Assembly (NCBI GenBank): GCA_021813145.1
Contig: JAKALS010000002.1
Span: 35,595-99,594, forward strand
Direction: 5' to 3'
From: a bacterium
GTDB taxonomy: Bacteria > Patescibacteriota > Microgenomatia > Levybacterales > UBA12049
Length of the DNA stretch: 64,000 nucleotides
Position 1 is the stretch's first letter; every line of letters begins with the position of its first letter. Both the position numbers and the translations under genes were made by a program. The notes under the pieces are model-generated. The model was not told the origin of the DNA and did no database searches. It worked only from the letters and a program-made list of their open reading frames with translations. Of this stretch, positions 43,750 to 55,116 are shown piece by piece.

Positions 43750-44453
43750 ATAATCCTCATCTTTATCACACAAAATAGGGAATTTAAGAGTTCTTTCGTA
43801 TTTACATTAGACTTACCGTACACTCTGTAATTCCATGTTATCGGAACTTCTCCTATCGAATAACCTTTAAGATATATTTTATATGCACTTTCCGAAAGAG
43901 TTATAAAACCTTTTGAATACATCCTTGTTTTTGTTAGATAATTGACCGAGCGCCGGCTGTAAAGTCTAAACCCGCTCGTATGGTCGCTTAAATGAATTCC
44001 CAGCCAATAGTATAAAAATCTGTTTATCATTCTACTCATTATTGTTCTGTCTGGAGCAATATTTATTATTTTTCCTCCGGGCAGATACCTGGATCCTATT
44101 ACAAGATCAAATTTTTTTTCCTTAATTTTTTCCATAAATCTTTTCATTTCTTTGGGATCGTGTGCCAAATCCGAATCCATCTCGAAAACATAGTTTATTT
44201 CTCTATCTTTTAAAGCCTCTTTAAAACCTTCTATTACCGCACTTCCCCTCCCGCCTTTTTTAAATCTTGATATAAGCATTGTATTTCTTTTCCCTTTAAG
44301 TATGGCCTTGAGTTTTTTATTTTCTTTAGGCAAAGAATCGTCTACTATAATTATTTTTGCCGAAGGAAACAGTTTTCTTATACCCTTCATCAAGATAGAT
44401 ATATTCTTTACCTCGTTATACGAAGGAATCACTATTGCAAAATTATTTTTCAT
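43746..44453 (-). CDS. GT2, polyprenol-phosphate sugar (mannose) synthase-like
   Basis: [49 protein letters not shown]. Confidence 0.8.
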   Translation of the reverse strand: MKNNFAIVIPSYNEVKNISILMKGIRKLFPSAKIIIVDDSLPKENKKLKAILKGKRNTMLISRFKKGGRGSAVIEGFKEALKDREINYVFEMDSDLAHDPKEMKRFMEKIKEKKFDLVIGSRYLPGGKIINIAPDRTIMSRMINRFLYYWLGIHLSDHTSGFRLYSRRSVNYLTKTRMYSKGFITLSESAYKIYLKGYSIGEVPITWNYRVYGKSNVNTKELLNSLFCVIKMRII

Positions 44454-47007
44454 AAATAGTAACTGCAACGGGGATAGTTAATATATTTTCCAAAATAAAT
44501 AATCTTTTTTCCGCAAATAAAGAATAATATTTAAGATTCGGAGAAAACTCTTTTATTTTTTTGTAATGCTTGCTGTTAAGTTTGGCTACAAGTTCCTTTT
44601 TGGGGGAATTTATTATGTAATCCATATTATCGAAATTATTAGTAATAATGACATATGTAGGAAAAGTGGAATTCTGAGCCGAAATAACCGAATACTGGTA
44701 TCTTGTTTGTATATCGGAATTATGTTGCTTAAAGTAAAATTCTTTTAACACAAAATCGGGCAACATCTGGTAGATAGGAATATTTTCTATACCGACTGAG
44801 GCGTTTTCGGGAATATTTGCCAATATCCACTCCGAGGAAGTTTGTCTTGGATCCGGAAAAAACTTTACCGAAAGCCATGAAGCAGACTGAATCACTTGAA
44901 ATGATAATCCCAAAAATAAAATCACAATAAACAACTTTTTATATTTGATAATAAAAAGTTGTTTTATAAAAAGTGCGGATAAAAGAATAATAAACGGCGT
45001 CAAGATCAAAGCCCTATTTCCTCCCCCGTCAACGCTAAATGATATTACTCCAAGCAGGTATAATACCGAGCCAAATAATATCAGAATTTCCGCTTTATAC
45101 CCGTTTATCTTCTTCCCCAAAAATGCAATAGTTAAAAATATTGCCCAGTAAATTATGCTTATATAGAATAACGAAATTAAAAAGATACCGAATATCGATG
45201 GAAACTCTTTAAGTAAAAGGAATATTTGTGATGGATATCCTAAATTAAATTGTGTGCTCGATTCAGGCCCCTGTATCAAAGTTGAATATAAAAGTTGAAA
45301 ATAATTTCCTTTGCCCAAAAGTAAATCGGGTATTCCAACAAAAGCAAACACAAGCCCCACGACTCCGATCCCCAATAGCAGTTCTTTATAGCTTCTATTT
45401 TTGTAAAATAGAAAGTATCCTAAGATATATACGCAAATCAGCGGTATCGCAGTAAATTTCGTGGACATTGCCAAACCTAAAGCAATTCCGGAAAATATAA
45501 ATTTATATATGTTTTGTGTTTTTAATAAATCGATTAAAAAATATAAAAAGACAATTACCCAAAATGTAAGAGTAACATCGTATTTATAGTAGTTTGTCAA
45601 AGATAACCAGATAGGATTAAAAACAAATAGAGCGGTAAAGATGGATGGGAAAATACCTATAAATTTTTTAAGTATCGTATAGATAAACAATGCCGAAAGT
45701 ATCCCGTAAAAAAGCGTATGAAGTCTTAATATTTCAAATAGTATATGCTGCATGGGTAAATTGTCCAAGGTATACTTAATGGCAAACGGGTTTACTATAT
45801 GCAAAAGATAAAAAGGGATAAGAAAAACTATCGAAGAAACTATATGATACAAGGGAATACTTGCTGCTCCGCTTACCGAACCCGTTCCATCTTTTATAAA
45901 TGTTCTCAATGCCTGGGAAAAATGCCACTCATCCATTGCATAAGTAAAAGGATGCGAAGGGCCGGGTATTCCCCAACTTATTAAATAAAATATTAAAGCA
46001 GAATAAATTATCAGGATTAAAAATAAAAATTTATTTTTGAATACGGCTTTGATAAAATTTTTAACTGAAAGACTTTGAAGAAAGCCAAATGATGTACCCG
46101 TAATTACAGCAATATCCGAAGAAAATTGTAGCAATGGAAGATAAAGAAAAGCTTTACTGTCTTTTATATATCTGTAATTTTTATTTATTGACCAGAACAT
46201 GTATGATACAAGTCCCAATGCTATAAATGAGTCAAGGACATAAGACTTCATTACAACTGCAAGGGCAAGAATATAGACTGCAAAAATATATCTTAAAAAT
46301 AAAAATGGTGTATTTTGCCTGAAGTATCTTGCAAACCCGTCTCCTCTTGCATACCCGAAAAACTGTTTAATTGCTTGTAATAAATTTTTTCTTTGCGGCC
46401 AATATACAGTTGCATCTTTAACAAACTTAAATTTATATCCATTATCTTTTAACCTTTTATCGAAAATTAGGTCCTCGCATGTGTTTAATTTCTCAGGATA
46501 TCCGCCCACCCTTTTCCAGGCAGTCTTTCTAAATGCAACTGACCTTGAAGAGGGAAGAAAATTATCCGCATCTATTCTATCTGGCATTACACTTGTATAA
46601 GTAGCAAGACACTTCTGGAATACTGTTTTTGCAACAGGTGAATAATAACCGGAAGAAACATTTATTTTTTTGTCCGAAAAAGGTTTAATAATATTTTTAA
46701 TCCAGTCTTTATCCAAAATGCATCCTGCATCAGATATTAGAATAATCTCGTTTACAGCCTTTTTAATACCCTCATTTCTCCCTACGGACCTGTTACCTTT
46801 TTTAAATATTAATTTAATGTTGGGAATATATTTTTTATGGGGAATTCTGAATTCCGAAATTTTTTCAACGGTATTGTCCGTTGAACCTGCATCTACTATT
46901 ATTATTTCGTCGGGAAGAACACTTTGATTAAAAATAGACTCCAAAAAATTTGTTATGGAGTCTTCTTCGTTAAAAACCGTCGTAATAAACGATGTTTTAA
47001 TTCTCAT
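44443..47007 (-). CDS. Fusion: GT2 domain + GT-C membrane domain
   Basis: N-terminal TVFNEE, VDAGSTD, SDAGC, GGYPE..EDL; then WGIP...MDE loop and more than 10 TMs. Confidence 0.78.
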   Translation of the reverse strand: MRIKTSFITTVFNEEDSITNFLESIFNQSVLPDEIIIVDAGSTDNTVEKISEFRIPHKKYIPNIKLIFKKGNRSVGRNEGIKKAVNEIILISDAGCILDKDWIKNIIKPFSDKKINVSSGYYSPVAKTVFQKCLATYTSVMPDRIDADNFLPSSRSVAFRKTAWKRVGGYPEKLNTCEDLIFDKRLKDNGYKFKFVKDATVYWPQRKNLLQAIKQFFGYARGDGFARYFRQNTPFLFLRYIFAVYILALAVVMKSYVLDSFIALGLVSYMFWSINKNYRYIKDSKAFLYLPLLQFSSDIAVITGTSFGFLQSLSVKNFIKAVFKNKFLFLILIIYSALIFYLISWGIPGPSHPFTYAMDEWHFSQALRTFIKDGTGSVSGAASIPLYHIVSSIVFLIPFYLLHIVNPFAIKYTLDNLPMQHILFEILRLHTLFYGILSALFIYTILKKFIGIFPSIFTALFVFNPIWLSLTNYYKYDVTLTFWVIVFLYFLIDLLKTQNIYKFIFSGIALGLAMSTKFTAIPLICVYILGYFLFYKNRSYKELLLGIGVVGLVFAFVGIPDLLLGKGNYFQLLYSTLIQGPESSTQFNLGYPSQIFLLLKEFPSIFGIFLISLFYISIIYWAIFLTIAFLGKKINGYKAEILILFGSVLYLLGVISFSVDGGGNRALILTPFIILLSALFIKQLFIIKYKKLFIVILFLGLSFQVIQSASWLSVKFFPDPRQTSSEWILANIPENASVGIENIPIYQMLPDFVLKEFYFKQHNSDIQTRYQYSVISAQNSTFPTYVIITNNFDNMDYIINSPKKELVAKLNSKHYKKIKEFSPNLKYYSLFAEKRLFILENILTIPVAVTIYEK

Positions 47008-47054
47008 TAAAAACTTGTTGAAATTATAGCATTTTCTGTTTTAAAATACATTAA

Positions 47055-48896
47055 ATGTGGCTTCATTTATTTACAACCCTGCCTTCAAATATTCTCACGA
47101 ACTTTGAATATCTTAAAGCGGATTTTACGGGTTTTCATATCTCTTTAAATTTCTTCCTCAACTTTGTTCTGGGAAATTTTATATCGGCTGTTTTTCTCAC
47201 ATTAGCACTATTAATCGGTAAAAATATAAAAAAATTATTATTCATGAATAATAATTTAAATTATCTGACTGATTTTGCATTAGGTTCTATATTTATAGGC
47301 ACCGGAGTAGCTATACTTGGTTTTTTCTCTTTAATAAACCGCCTGTCTCTTAGTGTTTATATTTTGTTTTTATTCCTAATTTCTTTTTATCAAGTAGACC
47401 TTAATTACTTTAGAAATGTCAAAAAAGATTTTTTTGCCGACATAAATATTTTAAAAAGGAAAAAATTAGTTTTCATTTGGGTTTTACTTTTTATTTTGTT
47501 AGCGACCGTAAATCTTATAAATCCCGAAATACGGGAAGACCAGTATCATGTGGATTTACCCAAGATGTATCTGGCCCAAAAGACAATAATGATACCCTCC
47601 AAAGAACAAATCCATGTCTCCGCAAGTCCTCTTTTATCGGAAATGACTTATATGCTGGGTATTTTTGTATGGTCCGAAGAATCGACAAGATACATCCATT
47701 TTTTATTTTATCTGTTTGTTCTTTTAACCTTACTGCAATTTTCTAAAATTAAAGGTTATGAATTTTCAATATTTACCCCGCTTCTATTTGTCAGCGCACC
47801 GGTTGTTTTACATGAAACATCGTCTATGTATGTAGACTTTCAGTGGATTTTTTATTTCTTGCTGGCAATTCTATCAGTAATAAAACAAAAAGATATTTTA
47901 ACATCTAATATTTTTCTTACAGGAATCCTGCTTGGAGCTATGGTTTCCTCAAAGCTTTGGACAATAGTTTTTATTCCTGTAATTGTAGTTTTTCTGTTTA
48001 TAGCTGAAAGAGACAGCGGTATAAAGAAAATTTTAAAATATTTTATTATATTAGCTGCAGGAACCTTACTAATATCTTTTATATGGTTTTTAAGAGCATA
48101 TATCCTAATGGGTAATCCGTTCTACCCTGCTTTTGCCAATCAGCAGGTTTTAGGAGAACCGGCATTTAAAGTACCTATTACAAGACTTATTACGCTTAAT
48201 ACTTTCCTTATAAACCCTTTTAACAGTCTGAATATCGTTAGCCCGTTATTTTTTGCTGGAATCTTTCTATTTCTTTACAAATTTGAAAACAATTTAAAGA
48301 TGATAAAAAATAGAATGTTTCTTCTGCTTGGACTAACTTTGTTGTTATATCTTTCGATAAATTACCCTTACGGAAGATATCTTTTAGGTCTTTATGTTTT
48401 GTTTATTTTCTTTTCTTCTGTAGGAATTGCCAATACCTACAAATTTTTATCTGTCAGATTGCTTTTAAATACGGTTTTATTTTTAATATTCGGTTACTAC
48501 TTTATTAATTCCGTAATGGTTTTACCTTATGCTATCGGAATAGATAACAAAAATAACTACCTTACCAGAATTTTATCCAGAGACAACTCGAGCTATTATA
48601 ATTTCGACAACAAATTTAATAAATTTATCAACAAAAAAGATTACGTGGCGACATATGGAATATTCGGCTATTATTATGCGGATTTTAAATATACCGATGT
48701 TGATTATGTTTTTAATGAAGAAGGAGAATCTTTTAATCTATTAAAAGAAAAAGGGGTAACAAAACTTTTTATAAAAGGAGGGGACATAAACTATTTTTGC
48801 TCTGTTTTAAAATTAAAAAACTGTACACCCGATAAATATACTTACCTTTCCGGTTTTATGGGAACCCAACCCTATTATCTTTATGGTATAAAATAG
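47055..48896 (+). CDS. GT-C fold membrane glycosyltransferase (paralog-like to 35542-37149)
   Basis: EDQYHVDLPK, SMYVD, GNPFYP, RYLL, many TMs; similar C-terminal soluble domain. Confidence 0.65.
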   Translation: MWLHLFTTLPSNILTNFEYLKADFTGFHISLNFFLNFVLGNFISAVFLTLALLIGKNIKKLLFMNNNLNYLTDFALGSIFIGTGVAILGFFSLINRLSLSVYILFLFLISFYQVDLNYFRNVKKDFFADINILKRKKLVFIWVLLFILLATVNLINPEIREDQYHVDLPKMYLAQKTIMIPSKEQIHVSASPLLSEMTYMLGIFVWSEESTRYIHFLFYLFVLLTLLQFSKIKGYEFSIFTPLLFVSAPVVLHETSSMYVDFQWIFYFLLAILSVIKQKDILTSNIFLTGILLGAMVSSKLWTIVFIPVIVVFLFIAERDSGIKKILKYFIILAAGTLLISFIWFLRAYILMGNPFYPAFANQQVLGEPAFKVPITRLITLNTFLINPFNSLNIVSPLFFAGIFLFLYKFENNLKMIKNRMFLLLGLTLLLYLSINYPYGRYLLGLYVLFIFFSSVGIANTYKFLSVRLLLNTVLFLIFGYYFINSVMVLPYAIGIDNKNNYLTRILSRDNSSYYNFDNKFNKFINKKDYVATYGIFGYYYADFKYTDVDYVFNEEGESFNLLKEKGVTKLFIKGGDINYFCSVLKLKNCTPDKYTYLSGFMGTQPYYLYGIK

Positions 48897-48914
48897 CTTT
48901 ATGGCTCTTATAAA

Positions 48915-50651
48915 ATGGTTTTTGTAAACATTATCGCTTCCCTTATTTTAGGAGCAGGGCTTTTTGTCTACCGCTTTGTTTATCCTAAGAAAAAAATAAA
49001 TGTATTCGCACTTCTGTTGCTTATTCTGATTCTACCCGTTATAAGCATTACCAGAACGGGAGCATATCAATCGGGAGATTTTGATATTCATATTTACCGC
49101 ACAATGGCCTTTTACGGCTCTTTAAGCGAAGGGCACTTTATGCCTTCCTGGGCGGAAAATTTAAATGCCACATACGGATATCCGTTATTTATTTTCAACT
49201 ATGTTCTTCCTTATTACATTATTTCCTTATTCCATTTTATTGGGCTTAGTTATATTTCAAGCATGAAGCTATTTCTGGCATTAAGTCTTTATCTTTCAGG
49301 AATATTTATGTATATAATGGCAAAAGAAAAATTTAAAGATAATCTATCCGCCTTTACTTCCGCAATATTTTATACCTTTGTTCCCTATCATCTTATATCA
49401 GTACACTTCAAGATTACCATCGGGGAAGTACTGTCTTTTACGATTATTCCCGTTCTTTTTATATTTATTAACCGCTTATTAAAAAATAAAGATAAATTTT
49501 CCCTCATTCTTAGCGGATTTTTCTTAGGACTCTTGGGCCTAAGCCATATTTTTATTGCTATTATTATGGTCCCTATCCTTTTTGTTTATATTCTCTTCTA
49601 TGTTAAGCCCAAAACCGGCATCCTCTATTTTCTCTCAATCTTTGGAATAGGTGCGCTTATTACCTTTTATCAGTGGCTTCCTCCTATTCTTTATAACAAA
49701 TATCTTTTTATACATAAGTATCCTATTGATACCTCTGCTCTTTATTACCCGACGATAAAGGATTTATTGTATGCTCCTTGGAGATTCGGACTGCTTTTCC
49801 AGGGTCCTAAAGGGCAAATCTCCGACTTGATCGGTTATGCTCAATTATTCGTAATAGGTATCTTTGTATACCTACTTTTTAAGAAGAAAATCCCAAGGGT
49901 ATACACAAAAGAAATAATTGCCTGGCTTTTACTGTTTTTAGTGCTGATATTCTTTATTACTCCTTATTCAAAGATAATATGGATACACCTGCCGCTTATA
50001 AGTGATGCGGGAACCCAAAGATTACTTATACCTGTAGCCTTATCTACATCAATTCTTGCAGGCTTTCTTACCTACCTTAATCGAAAAAGAATTTTTCCAA
50101 TAACTCTGCTTATACTTTTTGCAATATTTTCTACAATTCTTAATTGGGGACAAAGAACTGTAATTCCCCAGATAAATGACTCTGTTCTTTCAAAAAATTT
50201 GCCTTATAGCACTTCCCAGGGAGAAGGACACTTCTATGCAAACACCGGGTGGGCAAACCCCAATCATCCCTGGTTTTCGGTGATTCCCTTAAATCATTTG
50301 GAAATTCTAAAAGGTATCGCGAAGTTTACGGAACTAAAAAGAATATCCGTTGAACATGAGTATATTATTAATTCCGTTACGCCTATAAGCGTAAACGAAA
50401 ACACCTTATACTTTCCCGGTTGGTCGGCAACAGATAACAAAAAACCGTTAGGAATAAGGCCAGACAAAAACGGAGTTATAACTTTCACCCTGCCTAAAGG
50501 GAAAAATCTTGTTATACTAAGATATAACGATTTATATTGGTTTAGTATAAGTAAGATTGTTAGCGGAGGATTAATTCTAATAATTATTCTTTTTTCAGGG
50601 TTTTACCTAACTAAGAAGATTTTATACCCCAAAGTTTTAAGTAAACATTAA
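48915..50651 (+). CDS. PTPS-related/YfhO-like membrane protein (probable GT-C)
   Basis: D..IH..R, PSWAENLNATYGYPLFIFNY, PYH, GE; C-terminal YFPGW. Confidence 0.7.
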   Translation: MVFVNIIASLILGAGLFVYRFVYPKKKINVFALLLLILILPVISITRTGAYQSGDFDIHIYRTMAFYGSLSEGHFMPSWAENLNATYGYPLFIFNYVLPYYIISLFHFIGLSYISSMKLFLALSLYLSGIFMYIMAKEKFKDNLSAFTSAIFYTFVPYHLISVHFKITIGEVLSFTIIPVLFIFINRLLKNKDKFSLILSGFFLGLLGLSHIFIAIIMVPILFVYILFYVKPKTGILYFLSIFGIGALITFYQWLPPILYNKYLFIHKYPIDTSALYYPTIKDLLYAPWRFGLLFQGPKGQISDLIGYAQLFVIGIFVYLLFKKKIPRVYTKEIIAWLLLFLVLIFFITPYSKIIWIHLPLISDAGTQRLLIPVALSTSILAGFLTYLNRKRIFPITLLILFAIFSTILNWGQRTVIPQINDSVLSKNLPYSTSQGEGHFYANTGWANPNHPWFSVIPLNHLEILKGIAKFTELKRISVEHEYIINSVTPISVNENTLYFPGWSATDNKKPLGIRPDKNGVITFTLPKGKNLVILRYNDLYWFSISKIVSGGLILIIILFSGFYLTKKILYPKVLSKH

Positions 50652-51681
50652 CCAAATTTTCCCAGGTTTGATTTTTAACCCAATTATACGCGTCATTAAT
50701 TTCCAGTTCGCTGTTTTTATTTAAAACTTTAATTAATTTTTCCGCAATTTCTTCTCCGTTTTTTGCAATAATTATATCTTTTGCAAAAGGCGCCATTTGC
50801 AAATAATCTCTCTTAATTGCATTGTTATATTCTGCAATAACTAACTTTTTTGCCGCCATTGCTTCCAGTATCCCTAGGTATCTGGAAACAAATACATAAT
50901 TTGCAGAATTGATATATTTTTCAACATTATTTATAAAACCTTTAAATTCTACGTTAAGATCGTTTTCTTTTACGTACTTTTTAGCAGCATTTTCGAGGCT
51001 ACCTTCACCTAGAACTGTTAGCTTTAAATCCTTTCCTTTATTTCTTAATATACTTAATGCTTTCAAGTACTCTAATATTCCTGTTTCTTCTTCCAGTCTC
51101 CCGACAAAGACAGCCTCGTTTTTTGATTTTTCGCCCTTAAATTCATTTAAGTCTACCGCCCCGTATGTTACAAATGCAGGTTTTGTTCCATACCATTTTT
51201 TTAAAAAATCCCCTACGCATATATTTCCGTTGGAAAGTTTTTCAGCCAGCTTATGCATGTAAATCGCCTTTCTTCCCGGAATATTATTGCCTTCATATCC
51301 ATGGAAAGTAGTAAATATTTTTTTTCGAGGATATAAAAATCTAAAAAGCAAATACCAAAAGAATACGTCATGGCAATGCACTATATCTGCTTCTTTTATT
51401 AATTCACGTTTGCCCCAAAGCTCTTTCCATATCCTAAACTTCTTCCAACGGTTGTCTTTACCCGCTTCTATCTTAACCGAAGCTATCCCGAATACCTTTC
51501 CCGTGGCTTTAGCGCTTGAAGAATTTGAGTGCTTATCTAAACTATGAGTTTTTTCAAAATTTTCGGAAATAACCGTTACCCGATAACCATTTTCTGCTAA
51601 AATTTTTCCAATTTCTAAAACATGCCTCTCTACTCCCCCAATTTCCGGATAAAATCTCCTCGCTAAAAATAAAACCTTCAT
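50611..51681 (-). CDS. Glycosyltransferase family 4 (GT-B)
   Basis: FYPEIGGVERH, HCHD, TFHG, FVGRL, LEAMA; TGcTAGAAT-7 nt-ATG. Confidence 0.85.
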   Translation of the reverse strand: MKVLFLARRFYPEIGGVERHVLEIGKILAENGYRVTVISENFEKTHSLDKHSNSSSAKATGKVFGIASVKIEAGKDNRWKKFRIWKELWGKRELIKEADIVHCHDVFFWYLLFRFLYPRKKIFTTFHGYEGNNIPGRKAIYMHKLAEKLSNGNICVGDFLKKWYGTKPAFVTYGAVDLNEFKGEKSKNEAVFVGRLEEETGILEYLKALSILRNKGKDLKLTVLGEGSLENAAKKYVKENDLNVEFKGFINNVEKYINSANYVFVSRYLGILEAMAAKKLVIAEYNNAIKRDYLQMAPFAKDIIIAKNGEEIAEKLIKVLNKNSELEINDAYNWVKNQTWENLVNVYLKLWGIKSS

Positions 51682-51763
51682 CTATGAAATTCTAGCATTT
51701 GAGGCTACAATAAACAACCTGCCAATTGCTCTTTAAATATATGAGGTAGCTATTCCGGATTAT

Positions 51764-52756
51764 TTACTTATTTGTGGATTGTTTGACAAAATACCTCTTC
51801 CAGCCGAAGGAAATCACCAGGTAAACAAGAAGGTCTATAAGCCAGAACCACTTGCAGAAGATGCTTGCGGAGTCTACTACAAACCACCAGACACCCTGCC
51901 CCAGGCAGCCTTTATTAATAAGAATAAATATTATGTAGGCCAGAATCGGAATTACCAGCCCCCATACCAGCTTTCTTTTTATATACTTCTTTCCTATCCC
52001 CTTGTTAAACACAAAGTACAAGTAAAGTATAAGTACAATGATTTCCCCTAAAATAATAGGCCACCAGATACACTGTCCGCATGCGCTTACCTTAACCTCT
52101 TCGTTGGTTGACTTGCCCAGTACCTCTTTTTTTGGGGCGGGAGTCGGCGAAACTGCAACTCCTAGGACTTCCTGCCCTCCCCCTATTCCCGTAACGGTTA
52201 CAGGGCCTGCAGGGTCTCCGGGCATACAGCCGTTAACCGCTTTTACCCAGAAAAAATACTGGTTAACCGCAAGACCCGAAATGGTATAGCTTGTAACGTT
52301 GCCCGTATCGGGAACTCCCCATTTTTGAGTATCGGGATTGTCGGAATAAGATATCTGAAACGTTGTAAAAGGCCCCTGCGGGGGGATCCAGGAAAGGGTT
52401 ACCTCCCCCGGCCCCGGCCCTGCAACTGCAACTAAGCTAATCGGTGTACCTACCGGTTTTGTATCGGAACATGTAGACGAAGAGCTTCCCCCTCCTCCTC
52501 CCCCTCCGCCATTATTATTGTTTCCGTTGGGGGACGTAGTAGGAGAAGGTGTAGAAGAAGGATTAGGGTTATTAGCTACCGAACAGGGGTTACCGGATGA
52601 ATTAACAGAATTAATATTCACGCAATTAGAAACAACCGTTCCGCTGAATGCGCTACCCGTATTTACCTCCTGCGCGTACACAGAAAACATGCCGGCCATA
52701 AGGAAAAAGCCGATAATCAAAATAAACCCTAATAAAAATTTATTTAGTTTTTTCAT
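51764..52756 (-). CDS. Secreted FN3-domain protein with N-terminal half NTG-repeat, tandem VLG motifs and 3 C-terminal TM helices
   Basis: Signal peptide ..SVYA, VNTGSAFSGTVVSNCVNIN, poly-Gly, FN3 (VTLSW..YTISGL..YFFWVKAVN), QEVLG/KEVLG, TMs. Confidence 0.75.
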   Translation of the reverse strand: MKKLNKFLLGFILIIGFFLMAGMFSVYAQEVNTGSAFSGTVVSNCVNINSVNSSGNPCSVANNPNPSSTPSPTTSPNGNNNNGGGGGGGGSSSSTCSDTKPVGTPISLVAVAGPGPGEVTLSWIPPQGPFTTFQISYSDNPDTQKWGVPDTGNVTSYTISGLAVNQYFFWVKAVNGCMPGDPAGPVTVTGIGGGQEVLGVAVSPTPAPKKEVLGKSTNEEVKVSACGQCIWWPIILGEIIVLILYLYFVFNKGIGKKYIKRKLVWGLVIPILAYIIFILINKGCLGQGVWWFVVDSASIFCKWFWLIDLLVYLVISFGWKRYFVKQSTNK

Positions 52757-54933
52757 AGAAGAAAGATTTTTAACGCCTTCATTCTTTCCTCAAGGGAAAT
52801 TCTTTTTCCGAATATTGTCACAAACTTATCTTTTTGCCTGAAGCTCTTTAAAGCTATATATGCCATTATTACCGTAATCAAAGCATACAAAGGTCCGTAA
52901 TCGTTACCGGCTGTACCATTTTTAATTGCCGTAGGATAATGAGCTCCCAATACTTCGGATTTAGGATTATTAGGAGTTTGGAAAATAACGGAGTTACTTA
53001 CAAATCCTCCTCCCAAAACCGTAAAGTAAGAATCTCCAAATGCCGTTACTGTTGCGTCATTCGGCCCCACATTTCCATACGCAAAGGCCCGAGCAGTGTA
53101 TATTCCCGAAGGGGTATTGTCCGACAAAACAAGACCCGTTGAGACCTTAACCCCCTGCCCTGCAGGAATATTTCCCAGGTTGTATCCTGCTCCTCCCGCT
53201 GGAACACCGTTTCTCATTAAATAAAGCATCAGTTTTGCGTTATAAACAGTTCCCGTTCCCGTATTTTTTACATTAATAAAGAAGGTAACCGTATCACCGG
53301 GCTTAACATAACTTCCCGTGTTATTAGTGTTTTCCACGGAAAGCATTCCTCCAGATTCCATAGTCGAAGTCGTAGTAGAGGTCACCGTATTGGTATTGGT
53401 ATTTGTATTTGTATTTGTATTGCTTTGGATGCTTGGAAAATTGCTCGCTCCGCCTATATCTCCGTTCCAGTCTCCGAAAATATTAATAAATCCGAAAAAT
53501 CCTACGGAGTTTATAAAGGTGCTGTTTATAAAATTTATTAGAGATATAACACTATATGCATTGCCTGTAGTTATATAACCGCCACCCGAAAGATTATTTT
53601 CTCCCGTATTTGCAAACGAGGAAATATTATTGTTTATTACGGCATTATTATTAATATTAGTATTGGCCGAACAGGAGGCACAATTACTCGTATTCGGACC
53701 GAGGCTATAAAATACAAGAGTCGCTCCTCCCGACTGGGGATCCAAAGCTCCCCACCCTACAAAATTACCGTTCCAGTTGCCGTAATCGTTAATATACAAA
53801 ACTTTAGCATTTACCCCCACAAGATTTGTATTTACAAGATTTATTGTATTTATATCACTTGTAGAATTTCCTGTATTAAAGGTGGCGCTGCCCGAAGCCG
53901 TATTTTGTCCCGTATTTGCACCGGAATTTAGATTATTATTGACATCTGCATTGTTGTTTGTATTAAGATTGACTCCGCAAGTGGAACTTGAACAGTTTGT
54001 TGATGAATTCAAGTCGGGAAGAATTATATTTCCGTTCAGTTTCCCAAAAAGGTTTATTGTAATTACATGAATTTCGGAATTAACAACGGTAAAATTAACC
54101 TTATTAAGAAGCGACACCACCGAGTATGCATTTCCCGTATTAATAACTGCCGAATCTGTTGCCCCATTCACCTGATTGCTTCCCGTATTTGCAAAAGACA
54201 CAAGGTCATTGGAAAGATATGAATAGTTATTAATCGTTGTGGCAGAAATATTAATTGTGGGTTCATTTGGATAGGATTGAACGGCGTTAGCCGCAAGAGT
54301 AAAAGGATCGGAAAGGTTAATATCTCCGTTTTGTGTTACAAAAATATTTATTGTCTGGTAAACAACCTGTGAGTTAACGTTTGTACTATTTACCGTATTA
54401 TCCGCCGAAATTACGGAAGCGGCATCCCCCGTGTTAACAGCAGTGTTTGATGAAACAGTTGAACCGTTATTCGTAGCAGCCGAACCCGTTGCATCAACAG
54501 TATTGTCTCCCGTTATAGCCGAGGATGATGCGGAATTTGTAACATCCGCCGAGTTTGAAGCATTAAGTATTGTATCAACAGGAGAAGGAGTGGGTGTAGG
54601 CGAAGTGCTTGGATCGGGTGTTGTACTAGGATCGGGTGCTGGAGAAGACGTTGTATTAACTGTATCTGTGGTAACCGTAGTGCCCGATGGCGAAGGAGAA
54701 GGGCTTGGGCTTGAACTTGGGTCAGGTGTAGAACTTGGAGCGGGAGTTGAACCTACCGAATTATTTCCGGTATTTGTGATAGTCGTTGAAGTATTATCGA
54801 CCGTAGTAGGGCTGGAAGAAGGACTCGGAGAAGGAGATGCATCATCGGCAAAAGCAGGAGCGGGCACAGAATATAGAAGCACTATTGTTAATGCTAAAAA
54901 TACTGCGAAAATTTTTTTTATTTTTAATAACAT
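52753..54933 (-). CDS. Asn-rich repeat surface protein (4 NTG repeats, DUF11/CARDB-like domain, C-terminal TM)
   Basis: Signal peptide PAFA, S/P/T linker, four ANTGxN..TGxAxS..NxVN repeats, VKPGDTVTFFINVKNTG, SEVLGA, TM + basic tail; SD AAGGAG. Confidence 0.75.
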   Translation of the reverse strand: MLLKIKKIFAVFLALTIVLLYSVPAPAFADDASPSPSPSSSPTTVDNTSTTITNTGNNSVGSTPAPSSTPDPSSSPSPSPSPSGTTVTTDTVNTTSSPAPDPSTTPDPSTSPTPTPSPVDTILNASNSADVTNSASSSAITGDNTVDATGSAATNNGSTVSSNTAVNTGDAASVISADNTVNSTNVNSQVVYQTINIFVTQNGDINLSDPFTLAANAVQSYPNEPTINISATTINNYSYLSNDLVSFANTGSNQVNGATDSAVINTGNAYSVVSLLNKVNFTVVNSEIHVITINLFGKLNGNIILPDLNSSTNCSSSTCGVNLNTNNNADVNNNLNSGANTGQNTASGSATFNTGNSTSDINTINLVNTNLVGVNAKVLYINDYGNWNGNFVGWGALDPQSGGATLVFYSLGPNTSNCASCSANTNINNNAVINNNISSFANTGENNLSGGGYITTGNAYSVISLINFINSTFINSVGFFGFINIFGDWNGDIGGASNFPSIQSNTNTNTNTNTNTVTSTTTSTMESGGMLSVENTNNTGSYVKPGDTVTFFINVKNTGTGTVYNAKLMLYLMRNGVPAGGAGYNLGNIPAGQGVKVSTGLVLSDNTPSGIYTARAFAYGNVGPNDATVTAFGDSYFTVLGGGFVSNSVIFQTPNNPKSEVLGAHYPTAIKNGTAGNDYGPLYALITVIMAYIALKSFRQKDKFVTIFGKRISLEERMKALKIFLL
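53387..53422 (-). repeat. Hexamer tandem repeat encoding (Asn-Thr)n linker
   Basis: gtattg/gtattt repeated about 6 times = NTNTNTNTNTNT. Confidence 0.8.
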
Positions 54934-55050
54934 AACTGCTCCTTTTTCCTGTTGTTTTCGTACCTATTTTATGCTTAACGCGGTAGGCACTTTATAGGCT
55001 TAATCCTATATTTTTTCTGTATTAAATATCACAGCGATAAGTTCAATTAA

Positions 55051-55109
55051 TTCTTCCGTCCCGGGGAGAGCCCTGAAACATTTTGCTCTCCCCGCGGACC
55101 GGAAAAGAA
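55051..55109 (-). terminator. Long GC-rich stem-loop after the 168-aa gene (terminator or mRNA stabiliser)
   Basis: CGGGGAGAGC/GCTCTCCCCG core, extended by TTC..TTCCG.TCC/GGAC.GGAA.GAA; lacks a clean U-tract. Confidence 0.65.
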
Positions 55110-55116
55110 TTACCTA

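Noticed and set aside
53387-53422. Short tandem repeats as CRISPR or phase-variation tract
   Set aside because: In-frame hexamers encoding an NT linker; no spacers or cas genes, and unit changes would not shift the frame.
54431-54997. 188-aa plus-strand ORF (and similar ORFs 55376-55654, 63594-63818, 61794-62111)
   Set aside because: Antisense shadows of S/T/P/N-rich genes; no independent signals.
54963-55009. Hairpins upstream of the 726-aa gene as a c-di-GMP riboswitch
   Set aside because: They lack the GNRA/receptor and conserved core of c-di-GMP-I/II aptamers as far as visible; a covariance-model search would be needed.
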